Positions 9,463-18,744 of a stretch of DNA of 64,000 nucleotides are shown in pieces. The position numbers and the translations under genes are program-made. This DNA comes from Planctomycetota bacterium (GTDB taxonomy: Bacteria > Planctomycetota > UBA1135), in contig JAJFFC010000007.1 in assembly GCA_021776795.1 (NCBI GenBank), positions 4,824 to 68,823 of the forward strand, given 5' to 3'. Numbering within the stretch: the stretch's first letter is position 1; the number at the start of each line of letters is the position of its first letter. The notes beneath the pieces are model-generated. The model did no database searches, was not told where the DNA came from, and worked only from the letters and a program-made list of their open reading frames with translations.

Positions 9463-10718
9463 AGATTGCCGTAGTTGGAGCGGGAATCTCAGGTTTGACC
9501 AGTGCCTGGATGCTAGCGCAGCAGCATGAAGTCACGCTGTTCGAGGCCGCACCTCGCCCTGGCGGCCACACCCACACGGTGCGCGTCAACGCCGGGCCAC
9601 AGGGTTCGGAGATTGCCGTCGACACCGGCTTTATTGTGTTCAATCGCCGCACTTACCCATTGTTCTGCCGCTTGCTGAACAAGCTCGATGTTCCGGCGCA
9701 GGATTCGGACATGGGTTTCAGCGTGCAGATGGAGCGCAATGGTGTTGAGTATTGCGGCGATGGCTTTGGCGGCCTGTTCGCGCAGCGCAGAAACTTGCTC
9801 CGCCCCAATCATTGGCGCATGTTGCGAGACATCTTGCGCTTCTACAAAGAGTCCCCGGAACTTTTAGAACAGGATTCCTTACTAAGCCTGGGGGCCTACC
9901 TGCAACAGAATGGGTACAGCGAGGTCTTTCTTGACGACCACTTGGTACCCATGGCCGCCGCGGTGTGGTCAGCGGACCCTGCCATGATTCTGGAATTTCC
10001 TGCACGAACCCTAGTGCAGTTTTTTCAGAATCATGGTTTTCTGGACCTCAAGGGCCGCCCGCAGTGGAGAACGGTTCAAGGCGGCAGCAAAACTTATGTC
10101 GACGCCCTGCTCCAGGACTACCGCGGCGAGCTGCGCTTGGGCACTCCGGTCATCCAAGTACATCGCAAGGCCGTTGGCGTCTTGTTGCAAACCCTCGACG
10201 GGCAGAGCGAAACCTTCGACCAAGTGGTTCTGGCGACTCACGGCGACCTTTCCTTAAAGATGCTGGCGCAGCCAACACCGCGGGAGCAGCAGGTGCTGAG
10301 CGCCTTTTCCTTCCAGCCTAATGATGTGGTTCTGCACCAAGACGCCAGTCTCATGCCGCAAGGCAAACGCTCTTGGTCGGCGTGGAACTATTTCGTGCCG
10401 GCTTCGGAACAGCCGCGCGCGACGGTGACCTACTGGATGAACAAATTGCAGGACTTCCGCAGTCCTTTGCCACTGCTGGTCACGCTAAACCGCACGGAAG
10501 ACATCGACCCTAGCCTGATTCTTGGTCGCTATGAGTACGACCACCCGGTATTTGATGAAGCGGCGATTCGTGCGCAAGATCAACATCAAGAAATTTCGGG
10601 CACCGATCGCATTCATTACTGTGGCGCCTATTGGCGCTATGGCTTTCATGAAGACGGCGTTTGGTCGGCGGTTCGCGCAGCCAAAGCCCTCGGTGTCGGC
10701 GAGGAGGTTTTCGCATGA
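9459..10718 (+). CDS. FAD/NAD(P)-binding amine-oxidase-like oxidoreductase (UfaD-like candidate)
   Basis: Rossmann N-terminus MKIAVVGAGISGLTSAW. ATGA start/stop overlap with the desaturase gene (9459-9462). Confidence 0.8.
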   Translation: MKIAVVGAGISGLTSAWMLAQQHEVTLFEAAPRPGGHTHTVRVNAGPQGSEIAVDTGFIVFNRRTYPLFCRLLNKLDVPAQDSDMGFSVQMERNGVEYCGDGFGGLFAQRRNLLRPNHWRMLRDILRFYKESPELLEQDSLLSLGAYLQQNGYSEVFLDDHLVPMAAAVWSADPAMILEFPARTLVQFFQNHGFLDLKGRPQWRTVQGGSKTYVDALLQDYRGELRLGTPVIQVHRKAVGVLLQTLDGQSETFDQVVLATHGDLSLKMLAQPTPREQQVLSAFSFQPNDVVLHQDASLMPQGKRSWSAWNYFVPASEQPRATVTYWMNKLQDFRSPLPLLVTLNRTEDIDPSLILGRYEYDHPVFDEAAIRAQDQHQEISGTDRIHYCGAYWRYGFHEDGVWSAVRAAKALGVGEEVFA

Positions 10719-11470
10719 GCGACCTCGCCAACTCCTACCTGTTTGCGGGCAAAGTACGGCATCGGCGTTATGGGCCCAAGCCGCATCGCTTTCAGTATCG
10801 CTTGGGGCTTTTCCTGCTCGACTTAGACGATCTACCGCAGTTGGCCAAAGCGCTGCCGTGGGGTGGAGCCTCTTGGGGTCCGCGCAGCTTCCGCCGCGAG
10901 GATTATTTTCAGCCCGAGGTTCCTTGCCTGCGCCAAGCCGTTCTCGATCGGGTGGAGCAAGAACTGGGGGAGCGCCCCCAAGGCGCGGTGCGTTTGCTGA
11001 CACAACTGCGCTCCACCGGTTACGCCTTCAATCCGGTCAGTTTCTATCTCTGCCACGACCTTGAAGGCCGCTTGCAAGCGGTCATGGCCGAGATCACCAA
11101 CACGCCGTGGCGCGAACGCCACGCTTATGTGCTTGCGGTAGATCCGGAGTCCAAGAACAAGGTCCATCGCTGGTCCTTCCGCAAAGACTTTCACGTCTCG
11201 CCCTTCTTTGGCATGGATCAACACTACCACTGGGCGCTCCGCCTGCACGGCGACACTCTTGCCGTTTCCATGTGGAACGAAGAGGGCGGGAAGCGCGTGT
11301 TTGATGCCAACTTAGTCGGCCGCCTCACTCCCGCCTTGCGCAAACAAGTGCGTCGCTGTTCGTGGCGCGCGCCATGGCAAGGCCAACGCCTCCATCTGGC
11401 CATTTACTGGCAAGCCTTTCGCCTGTGGTGGAAGCGCGCCACCTTTCACCCACACCCCCAAGCCTCATGA
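10715..11470 (+). CDS. DUF1365 family protein (UfaO-like candidate)
   Basis: N-terminus SYLFAGKVRHRRYGPKPHRFQYRLGLFLLDLDDL is typical of DUF1365. ATGA overlap at 10715-10718. Confidence 0.75.
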   Translation: MSDLANSYLFAGKVRHRRYGPKPHRFQYRLGLFLLDLDDLPQLAKALPWGGASWGPRSFRREDYFQPEVPCLRQAVLDRVEQELGERPQGAVRLLTQLRSTGYAFNPVSFYLCHDLEGRLQAVMAEITNTPWRERHAYVLAVDPESKNKVHRWSFRKDFHVSPFFGMDQHYHWALRLHGDTLAVSMWNEEGGKRVFDANLVGRLTPALRKQVRRCSWRAPWQGQRLHLAIYWQAFRLWWKRATFHPHPQAS

Positions 11471-12786
11471 CCTCGCCCTCCTTAACCTCTTCCTCGGTTT
11501 CTCCGGAATCGGTGACCGCACGTGCCAAGGCCAAGCCTTCGGGCAGTTTTGCCACGCGCATCGCGCGCCGTTTGGTGCTTTCACGCTTGCAGAAGCTGGA
11601 GCAGGGCACCTTGCAATTGCAGCTCACCGCGGAAGATGCGCATGCTCTAGACCGCCCGATGCACATGACGCTTGGCGCACCCTGCGCCGACGGTCTCAGC
11701 GCCGATCTAGAGGTGGTGGACTCCCGGTTCTGGTCTGCCTTGGCCACCGGGGGTGCCTTGGGTGCGTCTGAAGCCTACGCCGAAGGATGGTGGCGGAGCA
11801 GCGACTTGACGCAAGTCATTCGCCTATTGGCGCGCAATCGCGCGGTACTGCAGCAGGTGGATAGCGGATTGGCCCGTTTGGGTGCGCCTTTGCTCCGTCG
11901 CTGGCATGAAGCGCGGCGCAATACCCAAGAAGGTTCGCGCGAGAACATCGCCGCGCACTACGACCTCAGCAATGAGTTCTTTGCCTTGTTCTTGGACCCG
12001 ACCATGACCTATTCCAGCGGCCTATTCGCAACCGCGGAAACCACTTTGGAGCAGGCTCAAGTTGCCAAGGTTGATCATCTGTGCCAAAAGCTTCAACTCA
12101 ACCCCGACGTTCACTTGCTGGAAATCGGTACTGGTTGGGGCGCCTTCGCCCGTCATGCAGCCAAGGAGTATGGCTGCCGTGTCACCACCACGACCATCTC
12201 CAAGGAGCAACATGCTTACGCGGCGAAACTGCTGCGCAAGGAAGGCCTAGAGGGGCAAGTCGAACTCTTGCTCGAAGACTATCGTCAGCTCGATGGCCGC
12301 TACGACCGCGTCGTTTCGGTGGAAATGGTCGAAGCCGTCGGCGCCGACTTCCTCGGCGAGTACTTCGCCACGATTGGGCAGCTGCTCAAGCCCGATGGCA
12401 TGGCCGCGATCCAAGCCATCACCATTCAGGACCAGGAGTTCGTGCGCGCGAGTAAGCACATCGACTTCATTAAGCGTTATCTCTTCCCGGGTTCCTGCAT
12501 TCCCTCGGTCACCGCCATGTGCGACGCCATGACTGCCGATAGCGATCTCAAGCTCGCCCACCTCGAAGACTTCACCGCCGATTACGCCACGACTTTGGCC
12601 CATTGGCGCGAAGCTTTCCTGAGCCAGCGCGAGCAGCTCCATGCCATGGGGCTAGGAGATCAATTCCAGAACACCTGGGATTACTACTTCAGCTACTGCG
12701 AAGGCGGCTTTGCAGAACGAAGCATTGGCCTTGTGCAAATGCTGCTGACCAAGCCGGCTTGTCACTACCGCACCCCACTGTCATGA
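11467..12786 (+). CDS. cyclopropane-fatty-acyl-phospholipid synthase family methyltransferase (long paralog)
   Basis: CMAS-family motifs: IAAHYDLSNEFF, YSSGLF, LLEIGTGWGAFARHAA. ATGA overlap at 11467-11470. Confidence 0.85.
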   Translation: MTSPSLTSSSVSPESVTARAKAKPSGSFATRIARRLVLSRLQKLEQGTLQLQLTAEDAHALDRPMHMTLGAPCADGLSADLEVVDSRFWSALATGGALGASEAYAEGWWRSSDLTQVIRLLARNRAVLQQVDSGLARLGAPLLRRWHEARRNTQEGSRENIAAHYDLSNEFFALFLDPTMTYSSGLFATAETTLEQAQVAKVDHLCQKLQLNPDVHLLEIGTGWGAFARHAAKEYGCRVTTTTISKEQHAYAAKLLRKEGLEGQVELLLEDYRQLDGRYDRVVSVEMVEAVGADFLGEYFATIGQLLKPDGMAAIQAITIQDQEFVRASKHIDFIKRYLFPGSCIPSVTAMCDAMTADSDLKLAHLEDFTADYATTLAHWREAFLSQREQLHAMGLGDQFQNTWDYYFSYCEGGFAERSIGLVQMLLTKPACHYRTPLS

Positions 12787-13301
12787 ATCTAGCTCTCCTT
12801 GTGGTCGCCTATAAGGCGGTCTGGGTCACTTCGGTACTCGGCCGCGAAGCTTGGTGGGGGGCCATTGCCTCGGCCATCTTCCTCAGCTACTTAGCCACGC
12901 GCTCGCCGCGTCCGGGTGGCCGGCGTTGGTTCCTCCTGCCAATCGCTGGTTTCTGCTTCGGCATTTTGACCGACGGCTTCTGGGCGCAACAAGGCGGCCT
13001 GGTATTCCGCCAAGACGCCTTTGTTTGGGGCCTGCCGCTCTGGATGCCCACACTGTGGGCTGCCTTCGCCGGCGCGATCCCATTCTTCCTGCAGAAACTG
13101 CGCAATCGCCTTGGCATCGTTGCCCTGATTGGAGGGATTGGCGGACCCGTGGCCTACCTCGCTACCATGAACCTCGGCACCTTGACCGAAGCGGCACCAT
13201 GGGTGTGGCCTATGGTCGCTTTGGAATGGGCTTTGTTCCCTGTTCTTGCCTTGTGCTGGGCCTTTCCGGCGCCACAGACTCCTGCCCCGCAACAATCGTG
13301 A
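12783..13301 (+). CDS. small polytopic membrane protein (DUF2878-like)
   Basis: 173-aa hydrophobic product starting at an ATGA overlap (12783-12786). Its position after the CFA-synthase-like gene matches the conserved cluster as I recall it. Confidence 0.5.
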   Translation: MNLALLVVAYKAVWVTSVLGREAWWGAIASAIFLSYLATRSPRPGGRRWFLLPIAGFCFGILTDGFWAQQGGLVFRQDAFVWGLPLWMPTLWAAFAGAIPFFLQKLRNRLGIVALIGGIGGPVAYLATMNLGTLTEAAPWVWPMVALEWALFPVLALCWAFPAPQTPAPQQS

Positions 13302-14272
13302 CCACTACCCCCTTCCCTAAGCCGCGCGTCGGCGTTTCTGCTTGCGCGCTTGGCCAACAAGTGCGTTTCGATGGCGGCCATAAGCGCAGTCACTTTGTCG
13401 ATGCCGTGTTGGGGCCGCTAGTGGAATACCACGCGGTCTGCCCGGAAGAAGAAGCTGGGTTGGGCGTGCCTCGCCCGACCATGCGCTTGGTGCATGATCC
13501 CGAGCGCGAGAGTCCATTGGTCTTAGAAACCAGGTCGGGTAAGGATCACACTGCCCTGTTGGAAGACTGGTCGGAGCAACGCACCAAAGACTTAGCTGCG
13601 CAAGACCTCGACGGCTTCCTGCTCACCGCAAAGTCTCCGAGTTGCGGCATGGAGCGGGTGAAGATCTATCGTGACAATGGCATGCCCCACACCCACTCCG
13701 GTTCGGGCGTGTTCGCTGCCGCGCTGATGGAGCGCTACCCACTTTTAGTGGTCGAAGAAGTGCAGCGCATGAATGATCTGCCGCTGCGCGATAACTTCTG
13801 CTTCCGCTTGTTCGCCGCGCGCCGAGTCAAGGACATGTTTCGTTCCGAATGGACTCGTGGCGATGTCGTGAACTTCCACACCCGAGAAAAAATGGCTTTG
13901 CTCACCCGCGGCCGCGTGGGTTATCGCAAGCTGGGCAGCATGGTCGCGCGCATCCATGAAATCCCGCGCGAAGAATTTGCCACAGAGTACACCGCGATCT
14001 TCTTGGATACTCTGCGACTGTTACCTACCCGTGGCCGACTCATCGATGCGGTGCAGCATATGGTGGGGCACTTCAAGGAGGACCTCGACCCGCGCGAGCG
14101 CAGTGAGTTCCTTGAGGCCGTGCAAGAGTTCCACGCCGGGCGTCTAGCGCTTGCCGGCATCGGCCGTTTGTTGCGTGTCTTAGCCGCACGCCATGGTCGC
14201 GAATGGGTTGCGGATCAGAGCTTGCTCGACCCAGGGCCGAAGGAGCTAACCTTGTACGGCAGCGCGTTTTAA
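13298..14272 (+). CDS. DUF523 + DUF1722 protein (YbgA-like)
   Basis: PRVGVSACALGQQVRFDGGHK (DUF523) is followed by a YbgA-type C-terminal half. GTG start in a GTGA overlap (13298-13301); the tracked ORF's 5' extension from 12851 overlaps the previous gene. Confidence 0.7.
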   Translation: MTTTPFPKPRVGVSACALGQQVRFDGGHKRSHFVDAVLGPLVEYHAVCPEEEAGLGVPRPTMRLVHDPERESPLVLETRSGKDHTALLEDWSEQRTKDLAAQDLDGFLLTAKSPSCGMERVKIYRDNGMPHTHSGSGVFAAALMERYPLLVVEEVQRMNDLPLRDNFCFRLFAARRVKDMFRSEWTRGDVVNFHTREKMALLTRGRVGYRKLGSMVARIHEIPREEFATEYTAIFLDTLRLLPTRGRLIDAVQHMVGHFKEDLDPRERSEFLEAVQEFHAGRLALAGIGRLLRVLAARHGREWVADQSLLDPGPKELTLYGSAF

Positions 14273-15297
14273 GACGTCGGCTTGATGACCAGGAACTCGG
14301 GAATCGAGTTCAGTTGCGGGGTCGCGCCTTGCCAGCTGCCATCGAAAGCGGCTTCCGCGCCACGGCGTAAGTTACCGAGGCCAGAGCGAATGCCTTCGCG
14401 GTGGTGCTTGCTCTTGTCGGGCACGCCTTTGATATCCAAAGCGAGTTGGCGAATGACTAGCGTGGCACAAATTTCACCCCGCTGATTGCGCACGGGAACC
14501 AAGCGGTCATAGCCATTGAGCCAGTGCAGGTCTTCGCTGCGACCAAACACGTAAGTAAAGAAGCTGCCGTCGTCTTCGGTGCGGTGAAGAATCGATAGGT
14601 CAAAGGTGTAGGTCGAAAAGGGGAAGGGCAGATCTGCTTCAAAGGCCACTTCAATTAAGGCCGCCTGACATATTTTGCGGTCATCGGCCACGCGAAAGTA
14701 GCGCCCTTCGCGCGGCTCCACCTTGAGATAAGCATTTTCTGGGAACAGGAAATAGCGCGGGAAATCATGCTCGGCGAGTTTAATCGCGGCAATATCGGCC
14801 ATGATGATGGTGGCCGCTTGCTCGACCGAGCGTTTTCCATCGTGTTCGAGATACTCCCCCTCAGGAAGGTCCCACGTGGGACCAAACAAAATGCCATCTT
14901 CCTTAGGTTCGGAGGGCTTCCAATCTTCGCGCTGGATGGCTGCGGCTTCCAAGAGCTGCGCAAGTTGCTCTAACTGATCTTGCGGCAAAGCCTCGGCCAA
15001 CTCCCGCAGCTGCGCAGCCACAAAGTCTTTGCCCCAGTTTTTCTCTTGGCAACGCTGAATCAAGTCGCCGAGGTATACGGCGCTGCGATTCTCTTGAGCG
15101 GCCACCAACGGCTGCTGGGCCCAGTTTCGCAGGCGCTGCTCAAAGACGGCAGACGGCAGAGGCTTGCCCTGTCGCGTGGTCTGCGGGAATTCCAGGCTCT
15201 TTGGGAAGGCCTGGCGTAGGCCAACCCAGGAGATTTCCTTGGCCGGAACCGCCTGTTGCAGCGGGGGCATGAAGCAGAAGAGGAGGGTGGCAATCAT
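14269..15297 (-). CDS. hypothetical secreted protein
   Basis: 342-aa ORF with a hydrophobic N-terminus and no recognised motif. Convergent 4-nt overlap with the YbgA-like gene. Confidence 0.5.
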   Translation of the reverse strand: MIATLLFCFMPPLQQAVPAKEISWVGLRQAFPKSLEFPQTTRQGKPLPSAVFEQRLRNWAQQPLVAAQENRSAVYLGDLIQRCQEKNWGKDFVAAQLRELAEALPQDQLEQLAQLLEAAAIQREDWKPSEPKEDGILFGPTWDLPEGEYLEHDGKRSVEQAATIIMADIAAIKLAEHDFPRYFLFPENAYLKVEPREGRYFRVADDRKICQAALIEVAFEADLPFPFSTYTFDLSILHRTEDDGSFFTYVFGRSEDLHWLNGYDRLVPVRNQRGEICATLVIRQLALDIKGVPDKSKHHREGIRSGLGNLRRGAEAAFDGSWQGATPQLNSIPEFLVIKPTS

Positions 15298-15341
15298 GCT
15301 CTCTTCTGCTTACGCCGAAACCATCGAATTAGATGCCCTTT

Positions 15342-16874
15342 TTACGGGAGAATCACGACCGAGATGACATCGCTGGCGAAGTCATTGGGCGTTGTGGTGT
15401 TCCAGCGCAGAAGAATGCTGCGCCCGCTCGCTGCGGGTGGCAGTGCTCCACCCGTGTTCAGGCTTGCCGAGGCAAAGCCGCTGGCATCGAGAACGCCGCT
15501 GGCAATGGTGGTGCGCAGGCTGGGTGGCCCAGGAGAGACTTGCGCGCGCAACACAAAGGGGCGACTCGCCAGAGTGTTTCCGCCTTGCAGATCGAAAGCA
15601 ATGCTGCCGCCGACGGCCGCGGATAGGGTGGAGTCGCCCGGGAACAAGAACTTCTGGTAGCGCCGTGCCTTAAACAGGGGAGTGCCGCTGGGGTTGCTGT
15701 AGTTCCAAACCTTGGTGCCGCCGGGTTCCACTTCCCACGCCGTGCCGGTGGCACCTTCAATGATCAGGGTGTTGCCATTGGGCATGCGCTCCACGCCACC
15801 AACAAAGGAACTGAAGTAATCGGTAGGCGGGGTGTCTTGCCATGACCAGCTAGCGAGCGGTGGGTCATAGGCCGTGCCCGGAGTCAGGCTGTAGGTGCCG
15901 TCGGGCAGAATCGGCGGCGCCCATTCGTCGGCCGAACTAAAGGGGCCGCCGGGGCGACCATTGCCATTGTTCTGTACCAGCAAGTTGCCCGCGCCAGGGC
16001 GGCCTTGTGGGATCCACTGAATGTCGTGCTGATTCCACAGCGTTTGATCGGCAGTTCCGCCAGCGTCGTAGGCCTGCGGATTGCCCCAGCGATACAGAAT
16101 GTCGCCGCCTTTGCCGGTCAGGCCACCGGTCGTGCCGGCCGCTTCGGCGGTGGTCGTGCTGTGGTCAATCACCCAAATCTCATTCAAGAAGAGGGAGCTC
16201 AAGACGACCTGATCGAGTTCGGGGTTGTAGTCGATGGCGTTGAGGTGAATCCAATCTCCATTGTTGGGGACCGTTCCGGGAAAGTTCAGGTCCAGGCGCT
16301 CGGGACGATTGGCGATGACATCGAAATTGGCTGCGCCAGGATCGAAATCCTGCACTAAGTGGTCGGCGAGGCGCCACTCCCAAACGATGGTCAGGGTTTC
16401 CGGATCCAGCTCGATCACTTTCTCGGACCAGAAGAAGGCATCGCCAGGATTGGTGAAGGCCGGGTTGCGCCCCATGGCGATGGCACCCGTGCGCGTGATG
16501 TCTTCGAAGCACAACAACAGCACATTGCCGTTGGGCATCAGCGCCATGTCGTGGTGCAAGAGTTCGGTTGCGGTGGCTACTTGGAAGTCCCACACGATGG
16601 TGCCGTCGTACGCAATTTCTTGCACGCCGCCGCCGCTGCCGCCAATCACGCTGGCGGGGCTGCCGCCAGTTTTGTACATGCGCAGCAGATTGCCATTTTC
16701 GCGCAAATATGTGGCGTTTCCAGGGAGCGCGGTGCCCGGCCAAGTATGAATGACGTTGCCGCCTTCATCGACCAAGTTGGTGTCGAAGGAGCCGAAGGGA
16801 GCCACCAAGGTGTGGCCGGGCTGCGGACTTTGCAGTGCAGCAAGGGCGAAGGAGGGGAGGAGCGAGAAGAACAT
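15342..16874 (-). CDS. secreted arylsulfotransferase (ASST)-like beta-propeller protein
   Basis: Signal-like N-terminus. ASST-family-like segments: LLHHDMALMPNGNVLLL and DWIHLNAIDYNPELDQVVLSS. Carries the C-terminal ~94-aa module shared with other secreted proteins (15345-15626). Confidence 0.6.
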   Translation of the reverse strand: MFFSLLPSFALAALQSPQPGHTLVAPFGSFDTNLVDEGGNVIHTWPGTALPGNATYLRENGNLLRMYKTGGSPASVIGGSGGGVQEIAYDGTIVWDFQVATATELLHHDMALMPNGNVLLLCFEDITRTGAIAMGRNPAFTNPGDAFFWSEKVIELDPETLTIVWEWRLADHLVQDFDPGAANFDVIANRPERLDLNFPGTVPNNGDWIHLNAIDYNPELDQVVLSSLFLNEIWVIDHSTTTAEAAGTTGGLTGKGGDILYRWGNPQAYDAGGTADQTLWNQHDIQWIPQGRPGAGNLLVQNNGNGRPGGPFSSADEWAPPILPDGTYSLTPGTAYDPPLASWSWQDTPPTDYFSSFVGGVERMPNGNTLIIEGATGTAWEVEPGGTKVWNYSNPSGTPLFKARRYQKFLFPGDSTLSAAVGGSIAFDLQGGNTLASRPFVLRAQVSPGPPSLRTTIASGVLDASGFASASLNTGGALPPAASGRSILLRWNTTTPNDFASDVISVVILP

Positions 16875-16902
16875 GCCACCTTTGTTGTAACAGAGGTTCG
16901 TC

Positions 16903-18720
16903 TTATTCGCCGAGCAATTCGGCCACGCGGTCTTCGATGGCCTCGGCCCACATGCGGTAGCCTTCCTCTTGCGGATGGAGCAGGTCGGGCATCACTTCTT
17001 TCGGCAGGGTTCCATCTTCCTCTAGGAATACCGGCGCGAGGTCTAGCAGTTCAATCATGGGGTCGTCGCCAGTCATCTGCAGCAGTTGATTGGCGTGGTC
17101 ATTGATCTTGCGCAGGCGATCCTCGGCGTTGGCGCCACGGGGAAAGATGTTCAGCAACAAGATTTTCATTTGCGGCTGTTCCGCCCGCAGCTTGCGCAAG
17201 ATGGCAAACACGCCATCGGCGATGTCCTCGCCCGGATCTGAATTGCTGTTGTTGGTGCCAATCATGATCACCGCCAACTTGGGGCTGAGGCCATCGAGAT
17301 TGCCATTCTCTAAACGCCACAGCACATGTTGCGTGCGGTCGCCGCCAATGCCTAAGTTCAATGCTTTGCGTGGCGCGTAGTACTGTTGCCAAAGCTCCGC
17401 TCCATGATTCTCCCAACCGTGCGTGATGGAGTCGCCGAGGAACACTAAATCGATGCCTTCGCCAGCTGCCGCTTCTGCGGCGCGCTGATTCAACGTGGTC
17501 TGTCGCATTTGCCACCACACCTGTGGCCGAGGTTCCGAGCCAGTCGCCGGATTCGCCGGATTAGGCAAGACCGGTCCTGCCGCCAAGCGTCGATCCAATT
17601 CGGCCAGAGTGAATCGCGTCGACAAGATGAACGGTGATTCTTCGGGAGTCCAGTGGCCGTAGGTGGTCGCCACGAAATTGCCATTGGGCAAGAGTTCAAC
17701 CCCAGGGTAAGCGCAATCCCAACGATGATGATTGTCCTTGAGGCGCACGCGGTATTGCCCTTCACGCCCCGCGAGGATGTCCTGGTAAGTGCCGACCCAA
17801 GCGACCCAATCGCCCTGAGTGGGGGAGCGGCGCGCGGTATCGCGGAAGCTCAACAGCAAGCGCCCATCCGGTGCGTAGCCTCCGGTATGGCGATCGCCGG
17901 TCAAGCTTGCCGTCAGTTGTCGCGGCGTCGACCAAGTCTGCCCTTCATCGTCCGAAGTCATGTAAAAGCTGTTGAACTGTCGACTGTTCTCGCGCATCAG
18001 GCACAGCAGCTGCTTGCCGTCTGGCGAGCGCACGATCAAGGGTTCGCAAAGATGGGCGCGCGGGTGCGTCGCCACCGCTTGTGGTGCACTCCACGACAAA
18101 CCGCCATCGCTAGAGCGAATTTGATAAACATGAAAAGCATTCCCATCTTGCGGGCGATACTGCGGATTCATGAAGCGGCCGTCGTCATGAAACATGGCGA
18201 GGTAATCCCCGTTGGCCAAGCGCATCATGGTCGAACAAGCCACAATCCCGCCGTAGTCGCCGATGGCCTCCAGTTCGCTCCAACTCTGCCCTTCATCTTC
18301 GGAAACGCTCATGCGTATCGGGTTGAGCCCACTGAACATCAAGACGCGAGCTACGCCTTGCGCATCGACGGTCTGAAACAAGGTGGGCACCTCCTGCGAA
18401 GTCGCCCAACTCTCCGGCACCGGCAGGCGCTCACTCCAGGTGCGGCCGCCATCACTAGAGCGTTTGTGCACCACCGCACCCTTGCCATGACCCTTGGGGT
18501 ACACCGCCAAGATGGTCTTGCCATCGCTCAATAAGGTTGTCGTGACATGACCGAGGTACTGCCCCTTTTCCTGATCGACAATCGTTTGACGATGGTCATC
18601 TTGGTCTAAGTCGACAATCGGTAACGCGTAACCGGCCGACCCCGGAATGGTCTCGCCCTGCGCGGGCAGGGCGAGGGCGTTCGCCGTCGAGAGTAGGGTT
18701 AGGAGTAGGGTTGCCAGCAT
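16903..18720 (-). CDS. secreted fusion: BNR/Asp-box exo-alpha-sialidase domain + C-terminal SGNH/GDSL hydrolase
   Basis: Four Asp-box repeats (SSDGGRTWS, SEDEGQSWS, SSDGGLSWS, SDDEGQTWS). Downstream is the GDSL block VFLGDSITHGW with GTNN and a late H of the SGNH type. Confidence 0.75.
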   Translation of the reverse strand: MLATLLLTLLSTANALALPAQGETIPGSAGYALPIVDLDQDDHRQTIVDQEKGQYLGHVTTTLLSDGKTILAVYPKGHGKGAVVHKRSSDGGRTWSERLPVPESWATSQEVPTLFQTVDAQGVARVLMFSGLNPIRMSVSEDEGQSWSELEAIGDYGGIVACSTMMRLANGDYLAMFHDDGRFMNPQYRPQDGNAFHVYQIRSSDGGLSWSAPQAVATHPRAHLCEPLIVRSPDGKQLLCLMRENSRQFNSFYMTSDDEGQTWSTPRQLTASLTGDRHTGGYAPDGRLLLSFRDTARRSPTQGDWVAWVGTYQDILAGREGQYRVRLKDNHHRWDCAYPGVELLPNGNFVATTYGHWTPEESPFILSTRFTLAELDRRLAAGPVLPNPANPATGSEPRPQVWWQMRQTTLNQRAAEAAAGEGIDLVFLGDSITHGWENHGAELWQQYYAPRKALNLGIGGDRTQHVLWRLENGNLDGLSPKLAVIMIGTNNSNSDPGEDIADGVFAILRKLRAEQPQMKILLLNIFPRGANAEDRLRKINDHANQLLQMTGDDPMIELLDLAPVFLEEDGTLPKEVMPDLLHPQEEGYRMWAEAIEDRVAELLGE

Positions 18721-18744
18721 GACCTCATGCTAGCCCCCTGCGGC

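Noticed and set aside
12851-13297. N-terminal extension of the YbgA-like ORF, and similar 5' extensions at 8248, 9354, 10661, 11362, 12603, 20219, 43019, 61267, 63235 and 63990
   Set aside because: Each extension overlaps the preceding gene. The family-typical N-terminus begins at an internal ATG or GTG that forms a 4-nt overlap or a short gap with the upstream stop.
16180-18534. Several 160-290-aa ORFs (16180-16743 -, 16261-16749 +, 16359-17105 +, 17653-18534 +) inside the ASST-like and sialidase/SGNH genes
   Set aside because: They are alternative-frame or antisense ORFs within genes supported by Asp-box, GDSL and ASST motifs. They are composition-driven and carry no motifs.
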